This document shows, in pieces, positions 26,091 to 36,734 of a stretch of 46,092 nucleotides of DNA. Location: assembly GCA_043812495.1 (NCBI GenBank), contig JBDRMG010000006.1, positions 1 to 46,092 on the forward strand, written 5' to 3'. A program made the position numbers and the translations under genes. This DNA comes from Candidatus Omnitrophota bacterium (GTDB taxonomy: Bacteria; Omnitrophota; Gorgyraeia; Zapsychrales; JBDRMG01). Under the pieces are notes generated by a model, which saw only the letters and a program-made list of their open reading frames with translations, was not told the DNA's origin and did no database searches. How positions within the stretch are numbered: position 1 is the stretch's first letter; every line of letters begins with the position of its first letter.

Positions 26091-28406
26091 ATGTCGACTC
26101 AACCCGCGATTGATTGTCATGCCTTGGTCAATAACTCTCATGTCGGTATAACCCAGATTTGCGCGAATCCTCAGGGACGTTTCCGATTTGTTAATGAATA
26201 TCTTTGTCGTGCGCTAGGCTATGCACCTGTGGAATTAAGCAAAAAATGCTTAGCCGATATCTGTCCGAATGCCCCCCTCGTCAAATCGTTGATTCATAAA
26301 CTCAAACGGCAAGATTCGATTTCCAATCAAGAAATCAAATTAAAAAGACAAGACGGACGCCTGATCCCCTGCCTGATTTCCATGGCTCCCGTAAAAAACA
26401 AAGAAAAAAAGATCCAGTGGATCGATGCGGTCATCGTGCCTTCCGTCGCAATCGGCCGCCACAATCAGGATTTATTGGAATCGAAGGAAATATTTCGTGT
26501 TGTTTTTGATAACTCAGCTGTGGCCATTACCGTGGCTGATAAAAATGAAAGGGTTGTCGCTTGGAATCCATTCTTTGAGAAGATGGCCGGCATGAAAAAG
26601 GAGGATTTATTCAATAAGCCGGTTAAAGATCTCTACCCGGCCGCGGAATGGAAGCGGATTCGCGCCCGGCGCATTCGCATGACGGGTATCTTGCCGAACA
26701 TGGAAACAAAGATCTTCAAGAAGGACGGCAAGCTCATTGACGTTGACTTATCGATTTCTGTGCTGAAAGATTTGAAAGGAAATATCACGGGCGCCATCGG
26801 AATTATGCGGGATATCACGACCAGAAAGATAGCTGAAAAGAAACTTAAAGATTCTGAGCAAAAGATTCGCGTTATCTTAGACAATTCCGCCGTGGCCATT
26901 ACGCTTCTCGATGATAAAGAACGAATTATTTCCTGGAATAAATTCACAGAACAGCTTCTAGGAATGACCAAAAAGGATCTTTATTTGCGCCCAGTCAGCA
27001 CACTTTATCCCCAAGAGGAGTGGCAGAAGATACGCTCTGAAAATATCCGCAAGATTGGATCAAAACATCATCTTGAGACCAAAGTGATCTGCAAAGATAA
27101 TTCCGTTATTGATATTGAGCTTTCGGTGAATGTTCTCAGAGATAGTGCAAGCAAAGTGGTCGGTTCGGTCGGCATCATGCAGGATATCACCGAAGAGAAG
27201 AAGGCCAAGGAAGAACTCATCCAGGCCAAAATAGCGGCGGAAGAAGCCAACAATTCCAAAAGCCTGTTTCTGGCTAATGTCTCGCATGAGGTGCGCACCC
27301 CCTTAAACGCTATCCTCGGGATGGTTGACATGACATTGGACACGCCGCTTAACGATGAGCAAAAAGAAAACCTCATAACGGTCAAAGACGCATCCCATAA
27401 TCTTTTGGATTTAATCAATGATATCTTGGATTTGTCGCGCATAGAAGCCGGCAAGGTCAGGCTGGAAGTGGTCGACTTTAGCCTCAGGGACGTGATCAAG
27501 AACGTTTGCCGGGGCTTGCATGTTCTGGCCCGCAATAAAGGCTTGGATTTAGAATGGCAAGCGGATGATGGGGTTCCGGACAATTTAAAAGGTGATCCGG
27601 TCCGATTGCGCCAAGTGATCATCAACCTTGTCAATAATGCCATAAAATTTACAAGCAAGGGTAAGGTCTCCGTTGATGTTCAACTCAAATCACAAGAGAA
27701 GGATGACTGCGTTTTAATTTTCTCGATCAACGACACCGGGATCGGCATCCCACAAGATAAGTTGGAGCTTATCTTTGATGCCTTTACGCAGGCCGATGAT
27801 TCTATTACCCGCCGCTATGGAGGGACGGGCCTGGGCTTAGCGATCTGCAAGAGACTCGTTAGCTTAATGGGAGGCGACATTAACGTTGAGAGTCAAGAAA
27901 AGAAAGGAAGTCGATTCTTTTTTACGGCCGCTTTTAGCATCAGCCAAGAAGGACAAAAGCCGCAAGAAGGCGTTTCGGTGACTGAACACAAAGAAATGAA
28001 GCCCTCAGAAATCGATGACTTGCCAAAATTACGGGTTTTATTAGCGGAAGATAATCTCGTGAGTCAACGCATCATTGTTAAGTTATTGACGAAAAGAGAC
28101 TGGGAGGTAGTTCCCGTAGAAAACGGCCAGGAGGTTCTGGGTCAGATGAGCCAGGGTTCTTTTGATCTGATTTTGATGGATGTGCAAATGCCCATTTTAG
28201 ACGGCCTAGAAACAACACGCCTCATCAGGGAAGGAGAGAAGCAAACAGGGCGGCATATTCCGATCATTGCTTTAACGGCCCGGGCCATGGACGATGATAA
28301 AAACCGCTGTCTGGACATCGGAATGGACGGATATGTTTCCAAGCCGGTGGACCGCCAAAAACTATTTTTAGCTATTCGATCTTGCGTACGAAAGGACAAA
28401 TCATGA
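26091..28406 (+). CDS. Cytoplasmic hybrid sensor histidine kinase (3xPAS-HisKA-HATPase-REC)
   Basis: PAS/PAC repeats, FLANVSHEVRTPL, NNAIKFT, DTGIGI, GGTGLGL, LMDVQMP. Confidence 0.95.
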   Translation: MSTQPAIDCHALVNNSHVGITQICANPQGRFRFVNEYLCRALGYAPVELSKKCLADICPNAPLVKSLIHKLKRQDSISNQEIKLKRQDGRLIPCLISMAPVKNKEKKIQWIDAVIVPSVAIGRHNQDLLESKEIFRVVFDNSAVAITVADKNERVVAWNPFFEKMAGMKKEDLFNKPVKDLYPAAEWKRIRARRIRMTGILPNMETKIFKKDGKLIDVDLSISVLKDLKGNITGAIGIMRDITTRKIAEKKLKDSEQKIRVILDNSAVAITLLDDKERIISWNKFTEQLLGMTKKDLYLRPVSTLYPQEEWQKIRSENIRKIGSKHHLETKVICKDNSVIDIELSVNVLRDSASKVVGSVGIMQDITEEKKAKEELIQAKIAAEEANNSKSLFLANVSHEVRTPLNAILGMVDMTLDTPLNDEQKENLITVKDASHNLLDLINDILDLSRIEAGKVRLEVVDFSLRDVIKNVCRGLHVLARNKGLDLEWQADDGVPDNLKGDPVRLRQVIINLVNNAIKFTSKGKVSVDVQLKSQEKDDCVLIFSINDTGIGIPQDKLELIFDAFTQADDSITRRYGGTGLGLAICKRLVSLMGGDINVESQEKKGSRFFFTAAFSISQEGQKPQEGVSVTEHKEMKPSEIDDLPKLRVLLAEDNLVSQRIIVKLLTKRDWEVVPVENGQEVLGQMSQGSFDLILMDVQMPILDGLETTRLIREGEKQTGRHIPIIALTARAMDDDKNRCLDIGMDGYVSKPVDRQKLFLAIRSCVRKDKS

Positions 28407-28744
28407 GCGAAGATATTATTGATCTTAAGGAAGTCATGGAGCGCGTGGAAAACGATCAGGAGCTTTTGATTGAATTGATTGAGATATTCTTAGAAGATTA
28501 CCCGGGGCGAATGAAGAGCCTGAAAGAAGCCGCTACGCAAAATGATTTTTCCCTCATCAAGGATGTTGCCCATTCGCTCAAAGGAGCCTCTGCCAATATT
28601 TCCGCTAAAAAAATATCCAGCCTTTTTCTAGACGTCGAACACATGGCCCAGAAAAATGATTTGAGCGCCATGGGAGATATTTATTCTAAACTCGAAGGCC
28701 TCATTGAAGACTTAAAGAGGTATTTGAGCACGTTAAAGAAATAG
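28403..28744 (+). CDS. Hpt phosphotransfer protein
   Basis: AHSLKGASANI; ATGA overlap with the kinase stop. Confidence 0.92.
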   Translation: MSEDIIDLKEVMERVENDQELLIELIEIFLEDYPGRMKSLKEAATQNDFSLIKDVAHSLKGASANISAKKISSLFLDVEHMAQKNDLSAMGDIYSKLEGLIEDLKRYLSTLKK

Positions 28745-28865
28745 AATATGAAATCCGACCCTCCAGCCCATGAAGAAGGTCATCTTCTATGTTGACCAGG
28801 ATCATTGTTCAGTTAAAGAATAAGTTGAAATTCTGAATGTTGGACGGTCCGCAGGAGAGAGTATT

Positions 28866-30680
28866 TTGAAACCGAATATGAAATTTAGCTTGGCCAACAT
28901 TCCCATTCGCTTCAGCGCTTTTTCCGTTTTAAGTATTTTTCTGGTGCTGGGATTTCTGACGTTTGGGCAGTCAATTTCCCATCCTTTTGTCCATGACGAT
29001 CTCGCCTCTATTGTCAATAATCCGGACATCGCCCGATGGAATAACTTATCGACATATTTCCTGAATCCTTCGGCTCTTTTTCGCTCCGGGCCCAATATCA
29101 ACCTTTATTATCGGCCTCTTTCGGATATCTTCTCCAAGAGCGAGTACTTCTTTTTCGGTCTGAATCCCCGCGGATATCATGTGATCAATATTCTGCTTCA
29201 TGTTCTCAATTCTTTCTTAATCTTTTATCTTCTCAACTTAGTGATGAGGGAAAAGAAGATTGCGTTAGGCGTTGCGCTGTTATTTCTGATTCATCCTTCC
29301 CAAACAGAATCTGTGACCTATATTTCGGGTGTGTCGGATCTTTTGTTTTCCTTATTCTGCATCGGAGGTCTTATTTTTTATATTCTCAGCGTTTGGCAAG
29401 AGCGAAAATACGCTCAAAACATTCTCTACGGTTTGTTTTTGCTGATCTTTGCCGTGGCCTTATTGATCAAGGAGCAATCGGTGGCCTTGCTCTTTCTCGT
29501 GATTTTATTCGAAGCCTTTATTCAAGACAAAGCCAAGGAACTTCCCAAAACAAAATTTGTACGCTTAAGCGGCGCTTTCATTATTTTCTTGGGATATTTA
29601 CTTTTACGGCAAAAGGCTTTGGGCAGCGCCCTGCCGTCCCTTCTCGCCTATAAAGGCGAATGGATGTTGAAACTGCTTTCTGTGCCGCGTATTCTTTTGA
29701 CCTACTTGCGCATTATTCTGTTTCCCGTTGATCTTCATTTTTATCGCACCGTTGATATTTTGAAACCTGTTCTGTGGCCTTGGCTGGGTTTCTTGCTTTG
29801 CCTGATCTTGATTGTCTTGCTGCTGCGCGCTATGCCGAAAGCACAGTTGAATTTTGGCTTTTTCGCTATCGCTTGGTTTTTTGCTGTCCTTCTTCCCGTC
29901 TGCGTTGTGCCCATGCTGGCTGAATATTCTTATGCGTGGACGCCGGAACATTTCTTATATTTGCCCTTAGCGGGTTTCTTTTTGTTTGTGGTTTTGTCCG
30001 CTCAAATATTGATTAAGCGATTCTTTAAGCAAAAAGCGGCAATAGCTTCCGTGAGTATATTTTTAACCTTTGGCGCGCTCCTTTCCGTCATAACTATAAA
30101 ACAAAATTCTTTTTGGAAAGACGAAGAGACGCTTTTTAAGCGTTCCCTTAAAGCTGAAGACCAATTGGGGCGGGTGCACACGCTTTTGGCCAAGACCTAT
30201 TTTGAAAAAGGAAAGCAAAACTACGCGATTGAAGAATATAAGCAGGCCCTGCGGATTATGAATGATTACGCGGCCAAGGCCAAGACAAAGATCGCCAGGG
30301 ATTTTTATCTGGAACTGATCAAAGAGATTCACATGGACTTGGCCATGGTTTTCTCGGTGAAGCGCAATTTTCAAGAAGCCATCAAAGAGCTCCAGAGCGC
30401 CTTGAGTTTTGATCCCTCCAATAGCGCTATTCATAATAACTTGGGGTTAAATTTTCTTTATGCTCAACAACTGAAGGAGGCGAAGGCTCATTTTCAGGAA
30501 GCGATCAGGCTTGATGCGGCCAATGTGCGGGCCATGAGCAATCTTGCGGTGTGTTATATCCAGAGCCATCAAGAAGCAAGGGCTAAAGAGTTACTTCGCC
30601 AAGCTTTAGCGATCGATAATAATTTTCTACCGGCCAAAGAGAATCTTAATCGTTTAATGGACTCTCAAAATCCCAAGTAG
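28866..30680 (+). CDS. TMTC-like GT-C membrane protein with C-terminal TPRs (putative protein O-glycosyltransferase)
   Basis: FVHDD..IVNNP, YYRPL, LFLIHP..ESV, KE, EHFLYLP, WKDE.TLF, TPR helices (HNNLG, MSNLA). Confidence 0.85.
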   Translation: MKPNMKFSLANIPIRFSAFSVLSIFLVLGFLTFGQSISHPFVHDDLASIVNNPDIARWNNLSTYFLNPSALFRSGPNINLYYRPLSDIFSKSEYFFFGLNPRGYHVINILLHVLNSFLIFYLLNLVMREKKIALGVALLFLIHPSQTESVTYISGVSDLLFSLFCIGGLIFYILSVWQERKYAQNILYGLFLLIFAVALLIKEQSVALLFLVILFEAFIQDKAKELPKTKFVRLSGAFIIFLGYLLLRQKALGSALPSLLAYKGEWMLKLLSVPRILLTYLRIILFPVDLHFYRTVDILKPVLWPWLGFLLCLILIVLLLRAMPKAQLNFGFFAIAWFFAVLLPVCVVPMLAEYSYAWTPEHFLYLPLAGFFLFVVLSAQILIKRFFKQKAAIASVSIFLTFGALLSVITIKQNSFWKDEETLFKRSLKAEDQLGRVHTLLAKTYFEKGKQNYAIEEYKQALRIMNDYAAKAKTKIARDFYLELIKEIHMDLAMVFSVKRNFQEAIKELQSALSFDPSNSAIHNNLGLNFLYAQQLKEAKAHFQEAIRLDAANVRAMSNLAVCYIQSHQEARAKELLRQALAIDNNFLPAKENLNRLMDSQNPK

Positions 30681-30751
30681 TCTTTTTCGCCAAAGGCTTT
30701 TTGATCGTTAAGAATGAATATCGGATGTTTCCTTAGGCAAAAAGGAGTTTT

Positions 30752-31438
30752 ATGTCAACATTAAATCTTGTTCTCTCGATTCTTGTTTTTGTCGTCGTGA
30801 CCCTGGTTTTCTTTGTTTTTGCTTTTCCCGAAACGTCCTCCGGCATAAGGAGAAGGGTCAAAATAAGAAAAGGCCCTTTGCAGCCGCACGGAAAAGACTG
30901 GCAAGCCACCGCCCTGAAACTCGAGCGCTACATCGTTTCCTTAAGAAAAAAGATCGATTGGCTGAAAGGCGGACAGAAGAAAATGGAGCAGGATTTAGTC
31001 ATCGAAAAAGCTAGGAACGCCAAACTCAAAGATCAAATTTCCAAAGAAAAAGAGTGGCTTCAAAAAGAAAAGGAGTCGCTTGAAGGACAAGATCAGCAAA
31101 TCTATGAGCTGAATCAAAGAGCCCGATTAGCCGAAGAAGAGCGGGAAAAGGAATACGGCCTGAGGCTGAGAATCGAAAGGGAATGCAAAGAGATCAAGCA
31201 GGATTTAAGCGCAGTCGAGAAGGAAAGAAATGCCCTGACCGCACGGGCCATACAGGCTGAATCCGAACTTTCAAGACTCAAGGACCAAATCATTGAGATC
31301 AAAAGAGTCAATCGTGAATTGGAGAAAGAAAGTGATGAGGCCAGCTTTATCGCCAAAAGCGAGTACGAAAAACTTGTAGACCAGCTCAAAGAAAAAGAGA
31401 AAGAACTTGAGCGCATCACGCGCGAGTCCAATCAATGA
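30752..31438 (+). CDS. Membrane-anchored coiled-coil protein
   Basis: N-terminal TM, E/K-rich heptads; SD AAGGAG. Confidence 0.75.
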   Translation: MSTLNLVLSILVFVVVTLVFFVFAFPETSSGIRRRVKIRKGPLQPHGKDWQATALKLERYIVSLRKKIDWLKGGQKKMEQDLVIEKARNAKLKDQISKEKEWLQKEKESLEGQDQQIYELNQRARLAEEEREKEYGLRLRIERECKEIKQDLSAVEKERNALTARAIQAESELSRLKDQIIEIKRVNRELEKESDEASFIAKSEYEKLVDQLKEKEKELERITRESNQ

Positions 31439-31575
31439 GGCCTGCACTTATGGATGCCGCGCCAAAGGCGGGGCAGAACATAAGCGCAAGGCCGAATTGA
31501 CCCAGCACTAATTTTGTATGTCAAGAGTGAAACAAAATTAGTGCTGGGATAAAACAAATACAATTATAATATTTT
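31432..31575 (-). repeat. Modular palindromic intergenic element, copy J (its end contains the upstream gene's TGA stop)
   Basis: rc: AAAATATTATAATTGTATTTGTTTTAT-CCCAGCACTAATTTTGT..ACAAAATTAGTGCTGGG-TCAATTCGGCCTTGCGCTTATG-[GCCCGCCTTTGGCGCGGC]-CATAAGTGCAGGCCTCATTGA. Confidence 0.9.
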
Positions 31576-31634
31576 CTTAAGACAATCATAGGTCGTGAAG
31601 AGGCATTATCCCTCACATCAAAATCTCCTATCCA

Positions 31635-32807
31635 ATGTTTGCAAACCGTACCCATTGGCCGTCCAAAACCAATAAAATCATTTCTCGTCTTGAAGATCTC
31701 AAGAAAGAACGAAAAAAGATTATTGATTTGACCGAGTCTAATCCCACGGTTTGCGGTTTTCATTATCCGCAAGAAATCCTTAGTCCGCTTGGTGATCCCA
31801 AAAATATTATTTACGAACCCTGTCCCCTCGGGTTGTTAGAATCCCGCGAGGCTGTCGGTCGCTATTATCAAGAGAAGGGGTATTCGGTTAGTCCGCAGCG
31901 TATCGCGCTGACATCCAGTACCTCCGAGGGATATGCTTTTATTCTCAGGCTCCTTTGCAACGAAAAAGAAAACGTCCTTGTCCCAAAACCCAGTTATCCT
32001 CTTTTTGATCTTTTGGCTCAATTGAACGACGTTGAATTAAAAACCTATACCTTGCCTGGGCCGTCGTGGCGCATTGATCCGGACGACATAGAAAAAGCGA
32101 TCAATAGAAAAACGCGAGCCATCATCCTTGTCAATCCCAACAATCCCACGGGTTCCTTTGTGGGTGATCAAGATCTTAAAAAAATTAACGAAATCTGCAA
32201 AAAATATAATTTGGCGATCATCAGCGATGAGGTTTTTCTTGATTATGCGTTTGACGACCAAGACGTCAAGGCAACAAGCTGTGTCCATAATAGCGAAGTC
32301 TTAACTTTTACCTTAAGCGGCGTATCTAAAATACTCGGTCTTCCGCAAATGAAAATTTCCTGGATTGTCACAAGCGGCCCCGACAGCCAAGTGAAAGAAA
32401 GCCAAAGACGGCTTGAGATTATTTTGGATACCTATCTGTCGGTGAACACCCCTTCTCAAAGAGCCCTGATATCATGGATGCCCTTGCGCCGGGACATCCA
32501 AAAAGAAATTTGTGATCGCCTGAGGAAAAATCATGATTATTTAAGAAAAGCCTTATCAGGTCAGAACGCATGCGATTTGCTGGATGCTCAAGGGGGATGG
32601 TATGCGCTCTTACGCCTCCCGCAGAAGCGCAAAGAAGAAGAATGGGTTTTGGAGTTTCTCGAACATGACCTCGTGTTTGTGCACCCGGGGTATTTCTTTG
32701 ATTTTGAACAAGAACCCGTTATTGTTTTGAGCCTTTTGCCGGCACCTGAGCTTTTTCAAGAGGGGCTGGATCGCTTGGTGCGAAAAATAAAACAACCCAT
32801 TTCATAA
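31635..32807 (+). CDS. PLP-dependent aminotransferase class I/II
   Basis: DLTESNPT, VNPNNPTG, ISDEVF, SGVSKILGLP. Confidence 0.9.
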   Translation: MFANRTHWPSKTNKIISRLEDLKKERKKIIDLTESNPTVCGFHYPQEILSPLGDPKNIIYEPCPLGLLESREAVGRYYQEKGYSVSPQRIALTSSTSEGYAFILRLLCNEKENVLVPKPSYPLFDLLAQLNDVELKTYTLPGPSWRIDPDDIEKAINRKTRAIILVNPNNPTGSFVGDQDLKKINEICKKYNLAIISDEVFLDYAFDDQDVKATSCVHNSEVLTFTLSGVSKILGLPQMKISWIVTSGPDSQVKESQRRLEIILDTYLSVNTPSQRALISWMPLRRDIQKEICDRLRKNHDYLRKALSGQNACDLLDAQGGWYALLRLPQKRKEEEWVLEFLEHDLVFVHPGYFFDFEQEPVIVLSLLPAPELFQEGLDRLVRKIKQPIS

Positions 32808-32882
32808 AACTTGCAAATCACTATTTATTTGGTAAGATGGGTTAGACTATAGGACAACCGGACTTGCGAAGGAGTCATAACG

Positions 32883-33359
32883 ATGTCCAAACGACCCAGC
32901 TGGGATGAATATTTCCTCAAATTGGCGATGCTGGCCTCAGAGCGCTCAACATGCCCGCGGATGCATTGCGGATGCGTCTTGGTCAAAGATAAGCATGTGA
33001 TTTCTACGGGTTACAACGGGTCGATTCCGGGAGACCAGCATTGCGATGACGCAGGGTGCCTGGTCGTTGACAATCATTGTGTCCGCACGGTCCATGCGGA
33101 GATGAATGCCCTGGTGCAGGCCGCCAAATGGGGCAATTCCGTTGATGGATGCACGGCCTATATCACCAATATGCCCTGCACGACATGCGCCAAGGCCTTG
33201 ATTTTGGCCGGTGTCAAGCGCATTGTGATTTTCTCCGATTTTCATGATACCATGGCGTTGGATTTCTTTAGAAAGGCGCAAGTGAAAGTGGATAAAATTC
33301 CCATGCCTGCAAGAGAAATCAACTATCATATTGAAGCGTATACGTCCGCCAAGCTATAA
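32883..33359 (+). CDS. dCMP deaminase / ComEB family
   Basis: RPSWDEYF, TGYNG, HAEMNA, PCTTC. Confidence 0.93.
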   Translation: MSKRPSWDEYFLKLAMLASERSTCPRMHCGCVLVKDKHVISTGYNGSIPGDQHCDDAGCLVVDNHCVRTVHAEMNALVQAAKWGNSVDGCTAYITNMPCTTCAKALILAGVKRIVIFSDFHDTMALDFFRKAQVKVDKIPMPAREINYHIEAYTSAKL

Positions 33360-33378
33360 GAAAAGAAAGGTGAGTCTG

Positions 33379-33852
33379 ATGAAAAGAATGATTGCGACCA
33401 GTTTGCTTACGCTGATGGTATTTGGCATGTCCTTCGCGGCATCCGGGGGTATTGAATTTCGTCTGGTCGTAGACAAAAAAGATATCGCGTCGATTCCTTC
33501 AGACAAATTGACCTATATTCCCCGGGGAGAGAAGAAACAACAGGAGATTTTCTTATCCAAAGAAGCTTTTCTTAGGAATGCGGATATTAAGGAAATAAAG
33601 ATTGTGAGCCCAAAAAATTCCCTGAATGGTCACTCTGCGTTTGATATTATATTTAATCGTGCCGGGCAAAAGAAACTGAAAGATGTCACCTCCCTGAATA
33701 TAAGAAAGAAAATGGCTATTCTGGCAAATAATGAAATCCTGATGACGCCTTATATCCTGATGCCGATCAAATCAGGCCATGTCTACGTCCAGGCGGATGC
33801 ACTCGATACCGATAAGAAAGTCAAGGATTTTGTCAAAGAGCTGGGCTTCTAG
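33379..33852 (+). CDS. Secreted protein resembling a SecD/SecDF P1 head subdomain
   Basis: Signal peptide; IEFRLV, F..G.KKL..VT..NI.KKMAI......P.I...I..G. Confidence 0.6.
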   Translation: MKRMIATSLLTLMVFGMSFAASGGIEFRLVVDKKDIASIPSDKLTYIPRGEKKQQEIFLSKEAFLRNADIKEIKIVSPKNSLNGHSAFDIIFNRAGQKKLKDVTSLNIRKKMAILANNEILMTPYILMPIKSGHVYVQADALDTDKKVKDFVKELGF

Positions 33853-33903
33853 AACATATAAATCGGCCGAGAAAATTAACATATTTTAGAGGAAGAAATC
33901 ACA

Positions 33904-35043
33904 ATGGACCTGCACACCAAAACCGTATTTAAGGGAGTTAATAAGGACCCAAACTATAATTCTGTGATCACGCCGATTTATCCTTCCGCGACATTTCGAT
34001 TTGATTCTGTTGATAAAAAACCGAAATACGACTACACAAGAACAGGCAATCCCACGCGCGAAGCCTTGGAAGAAAACGTGGCTTCCCTGGAAGGCGGGCT
34101 GGGGGCCCTGGCGACCGCAAGCGGCATGGCCGCGATCACAGGGGTTCTTTTTTTATGTTATCCCGGCGATCATATAATCTGCGGCAACGATCTCTACGGC
34201 GGAACATACCGGCTTTTCCGGGATGTTTTTGCAAAAATGGGATTTTCGTTTTCTTTTATCGATATGACAAAAACCGAAAACATCAAGAAAGAAATCCGCA
34301 AGAAAACAAAGATGATCTGGATCGAAACGCCGTCCAATCCGCTTTTGCACATTACGGATTTGCAAGCGGCGATCAGCCTGGCCAAAGAACATAAAATCTT
34401 AACGGTTGTGGACAATACATTTCTTTCTCCTTATTTTCAACGGCCGCTTGAATTCGAGGCGGATATTGTTGTTCATTCGACGACAAAATATCTCAACGGA
34501 CACAGCGATGTGGTCGGCGGTATCATTGTTTATAACAGCGAAGATTTAAAGAGCAAGCTGCATTTTATCGTTAACTCACTTGGCCTTTCGCAATCGCCGT
34601 ATGATGCGTGGCTGGTTTTACGCGGGGTGAAGACTTTGGGTCCGCGCATGGAAATGCATCAGAAAAACGGGCTGCATTTGGCCAATTTTCTTAAGGAACA
34701 CCCTTGTGTCAAGAAGATCTATTATTGCGGTCTGCAGGGTCATCCGCAGTTTGAATTAATTAAAAAACAGATGAAGGGCTTCGGAGGAATGTTGTCTTTC
34801 GATCTGGATACCTCAAAAGTTCCGCTGGAAAAATTTTTCAGCAAACTGACATTATTTTCTTTAGCCGAATCTTTAGGCGGCGTCGAATCATTGATTGAAG
34901 CGCCGTGGTTCATGAGCCATTCGTCGATGGGAGAAGAAGCGTTAAAAACGTCCGGTATCACCAAGGAGACCATTAGAATATCCGCCGGCATCGAAAGCGC
35001 CAAAGACCTTATGGGTGAACTTAAAAACGCCCTGGAACCGTAA
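33904..35043 (+). CDS. Cystathionine gamma-synthase/lyase (Cys/Met metabolism PLP family)
   Basis: YTRTGNPT, SGMAA, YGGT, ETPSNP, DNTF, HSTTKYLNGHSD, AESLGGVESL. Confidence 0.93.
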   Translation: MDLHTKTVFKGVNKDPNYNSVITPIYPSATFRFDSVDKKPKYDYTRTGNPTREALEENVASLEGGLGALATASGMAAITGVLFLCYPGDHIICGNDLYGGTYRLFRDVFAKMGFSFSFIDMTKTENIKKEIRKKTKMIWIETPSNPLLHITDLQAAISLAKEHKILTVVDNTFLSPYFQRPLEFEADIVVHSTTKYLNGHSDVVGGIIVYNSEDLKSKLHFIVNSLGLSQSPYDAWLVLRGVKTLGPRMEMHQKNGLHLANFLKEHPCVKKIYYCGLQGHPQFELIKKQMKGFGGMLSFDLDTSKVPLEKFFSKLTLFSLAESLGGVESLIEAPWFMSHSSMGEEALKTSGITKETIRISAGIESAKDLMGELKNALEP

Positions 35044-35055
35044 CAAATACGAAAA

Positions 35056-35811
35056 ATGAAGAAATCCATCATCTTATTGATCCTGTTGTCTTTTGCATGC
35101 TGCGGCTTAACCAATGTGTCGCTTTCCGATATCGAGACCGCCATCATCCAGGAAGATTTTGAGAAAGCGGAGAACCTCGTCACAAGTTTTTTGAGCCGCA
35201 AGCCAAAAAAGAATCAACAGGATGAGGCGATTTACTATTTGGGTTTAAGCAAGTTGCGCCTGGGTTACTATAAGGAAGCCCGCGATACCTTTGATTTGTT
35301 GTTAAGCGGCTTGCCGACGGACCAGCTTCATGATAAGGCGTATTGCGGAATCATTGATTCCTATTACCTGGAAGGGGAATATGCTCAAGGGCTGCGTCTG
35401 GCTCAGGAGTTAATCAAAAAGAGTCCCCGCTCGGAACTGTTGAGCTTGATTTATCTTAAGCTGGCCCGGGGAAATCTAAAATTAACTTACTGGGACGACG
35501 CAAGAATGTATCTTGAGAAAATTATTCGCGACTTTCCCGAGAGCTTCGAAGCTCATTTGGCCAAGCAGCTATTAGAAGAGAGGCAGTTTTTTGCGGTTCA
35601 GGTCGGCGCTTTTTTGGACCGTCAGCGGGCCTTGAGTTTGGTTGAGGAATTGGAACAAAAGGGCGAATATGCCTATATGGTCGAGACCACGGACCGCAAA
35701 GGGCAGAAATTTTATCGCGTGCGTGTCGGGGAATTTACGTCTTTGGAAGATGCCAAGCGCTTGAAGACAAAACTATCCAAATTAGGTTATCCCACCCGGA
35801 TTTATCCATAG
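35056..35811 (+). CDS. TPR plus SPOR domain periplasmic protein
   Basis: Signal peptide, TPR-like helices, FAVQVGAF..YRVRVG.F. Confidence 0.85.
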   Translation: MKKSIILLILLSFACCGLTNVSLSDIETAIIQEDFEKAENLVTSFLSRKPKKNQQDEAIYYLGLSKLRLGYYKEARDTFDLLLSGLPTDQLHDKAYCGIIDSYYLEGEYAQGLRLAQELIKKSPRSELLSLIYLKLARGNLKLTYWDDARMYLEKIIRDFPESFEAHLAKQLLEERQFFAVQVGAFLDRQRALSLVEELEQKGEYAYMVETTDRKGQKFYRVRVGEFTSLEDAKRLKTKLSKLGYPTRIYP

Positions 35812-35813
35812 AT

Positions 35814-36734
35814 ATGCCCTTAAAGAAAATTGTTTTTGTTGTCGGGCCCACAGCCGTCGGGAAATCCCAGGTTGCCTTTCATTTAGCCCAGAAACTTAAT
35901 GGCGAAATCATTTCCTGCGATTCCATGCAGGTCTATAAAGAGATTTCTATCGCCAGTAATAAAACTCTAAAGACTTTGCGCAAGGCCGTTAGACATCATT
36001 TGATCGACATTGTATCTATCGCGAAAAGTTATGATGCGGCTGCTTTTCGGCAAAAAGCGCTTAAAACCATTGACGCCATTCATAAAAAAGGAAAGATTCC
36101 CATTGTTGCTGGTGGGACGGGTTTATACATGAGTATTCTTTTGGACGGAATATTCAAAGGCGGACAAAAATCGGTAAGATTGCGTCAACAACTTGAAAGG
36201 GAAGCAAAGCAAAAGGGAGAAGAGGCGCTTTATCAAAAGCTTCAAAAAATGGATCTGGAAAGCGCGGCCAAAATCCATCCCCATAATACCCGAAAAATTA
36301 TCCGCGCCCTCGAGGTGGTCTTAAAGTCCAAGAGACCTATTTCGAAGTTACAAAAGGAACGAAAAGGTCTTTGGGGACAATACGCGATCGATTGCTTCGC
36401 GCTCAGCATTCCCCGAGAGAGATTGTATGAAAGGATCAATCAGCGTGTTGATCAAATGTTTGCACATGGAATTGTTGATGAAATCAAGTGCTTGGAGCGC
36501 AAAAAGTGGAGTCCGACAGCCAAAGGCATCATCGGATTCAAGGAAATCAAAGGCTATCTGGACGGTATTTATGATCTTGAGCGGGCCAAATATCTGATGA
36601 AGTTAAATACGCGGCATTATGCCAAAAGACAGATGACATGGTTTCGCAAGGACAAGCGTCTATCGTGGATCGCGATGGAAGATAATGATACCCCGGTGAG
36701 AGTGGCAGAGAAAATTGTTCAATATTTGAAATAA
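35814..36734 (+). CDS. miaA: tRNA dimethylallyltransferase
   Basis: GPTAVGKS, DSMQVY, HHLID, GGTGLY, YAKRQMTWFR. Confidence 0.96.
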   Translation: MPLKKIVFVVGPTAVGKSQVAFHLAQKLNGEIISCDSMQVYKEISIASNKTLKTLRKAVRHHLIDIVSIAKSYDAAAFRQKALKTIDAIHKKGKIPIVAGGTGLYMSILLDGIFKGGQKSVRLRQQLEREAKQKGEEALYQKLQKMDLESAAKIHPHNTRKIIRALEVVLKSKRPISKLQKERKGLWGQYAIDCFALSIPRERLYERINQRVDQMFAHGIVDEIKCLERKKWSPTAKGIIGFKEIKGYLDGIYDLERAKYLMKLNTRHYAKRQMTWFRKDKRLSWIAMEDNDTPVRVAEKIVQYLK

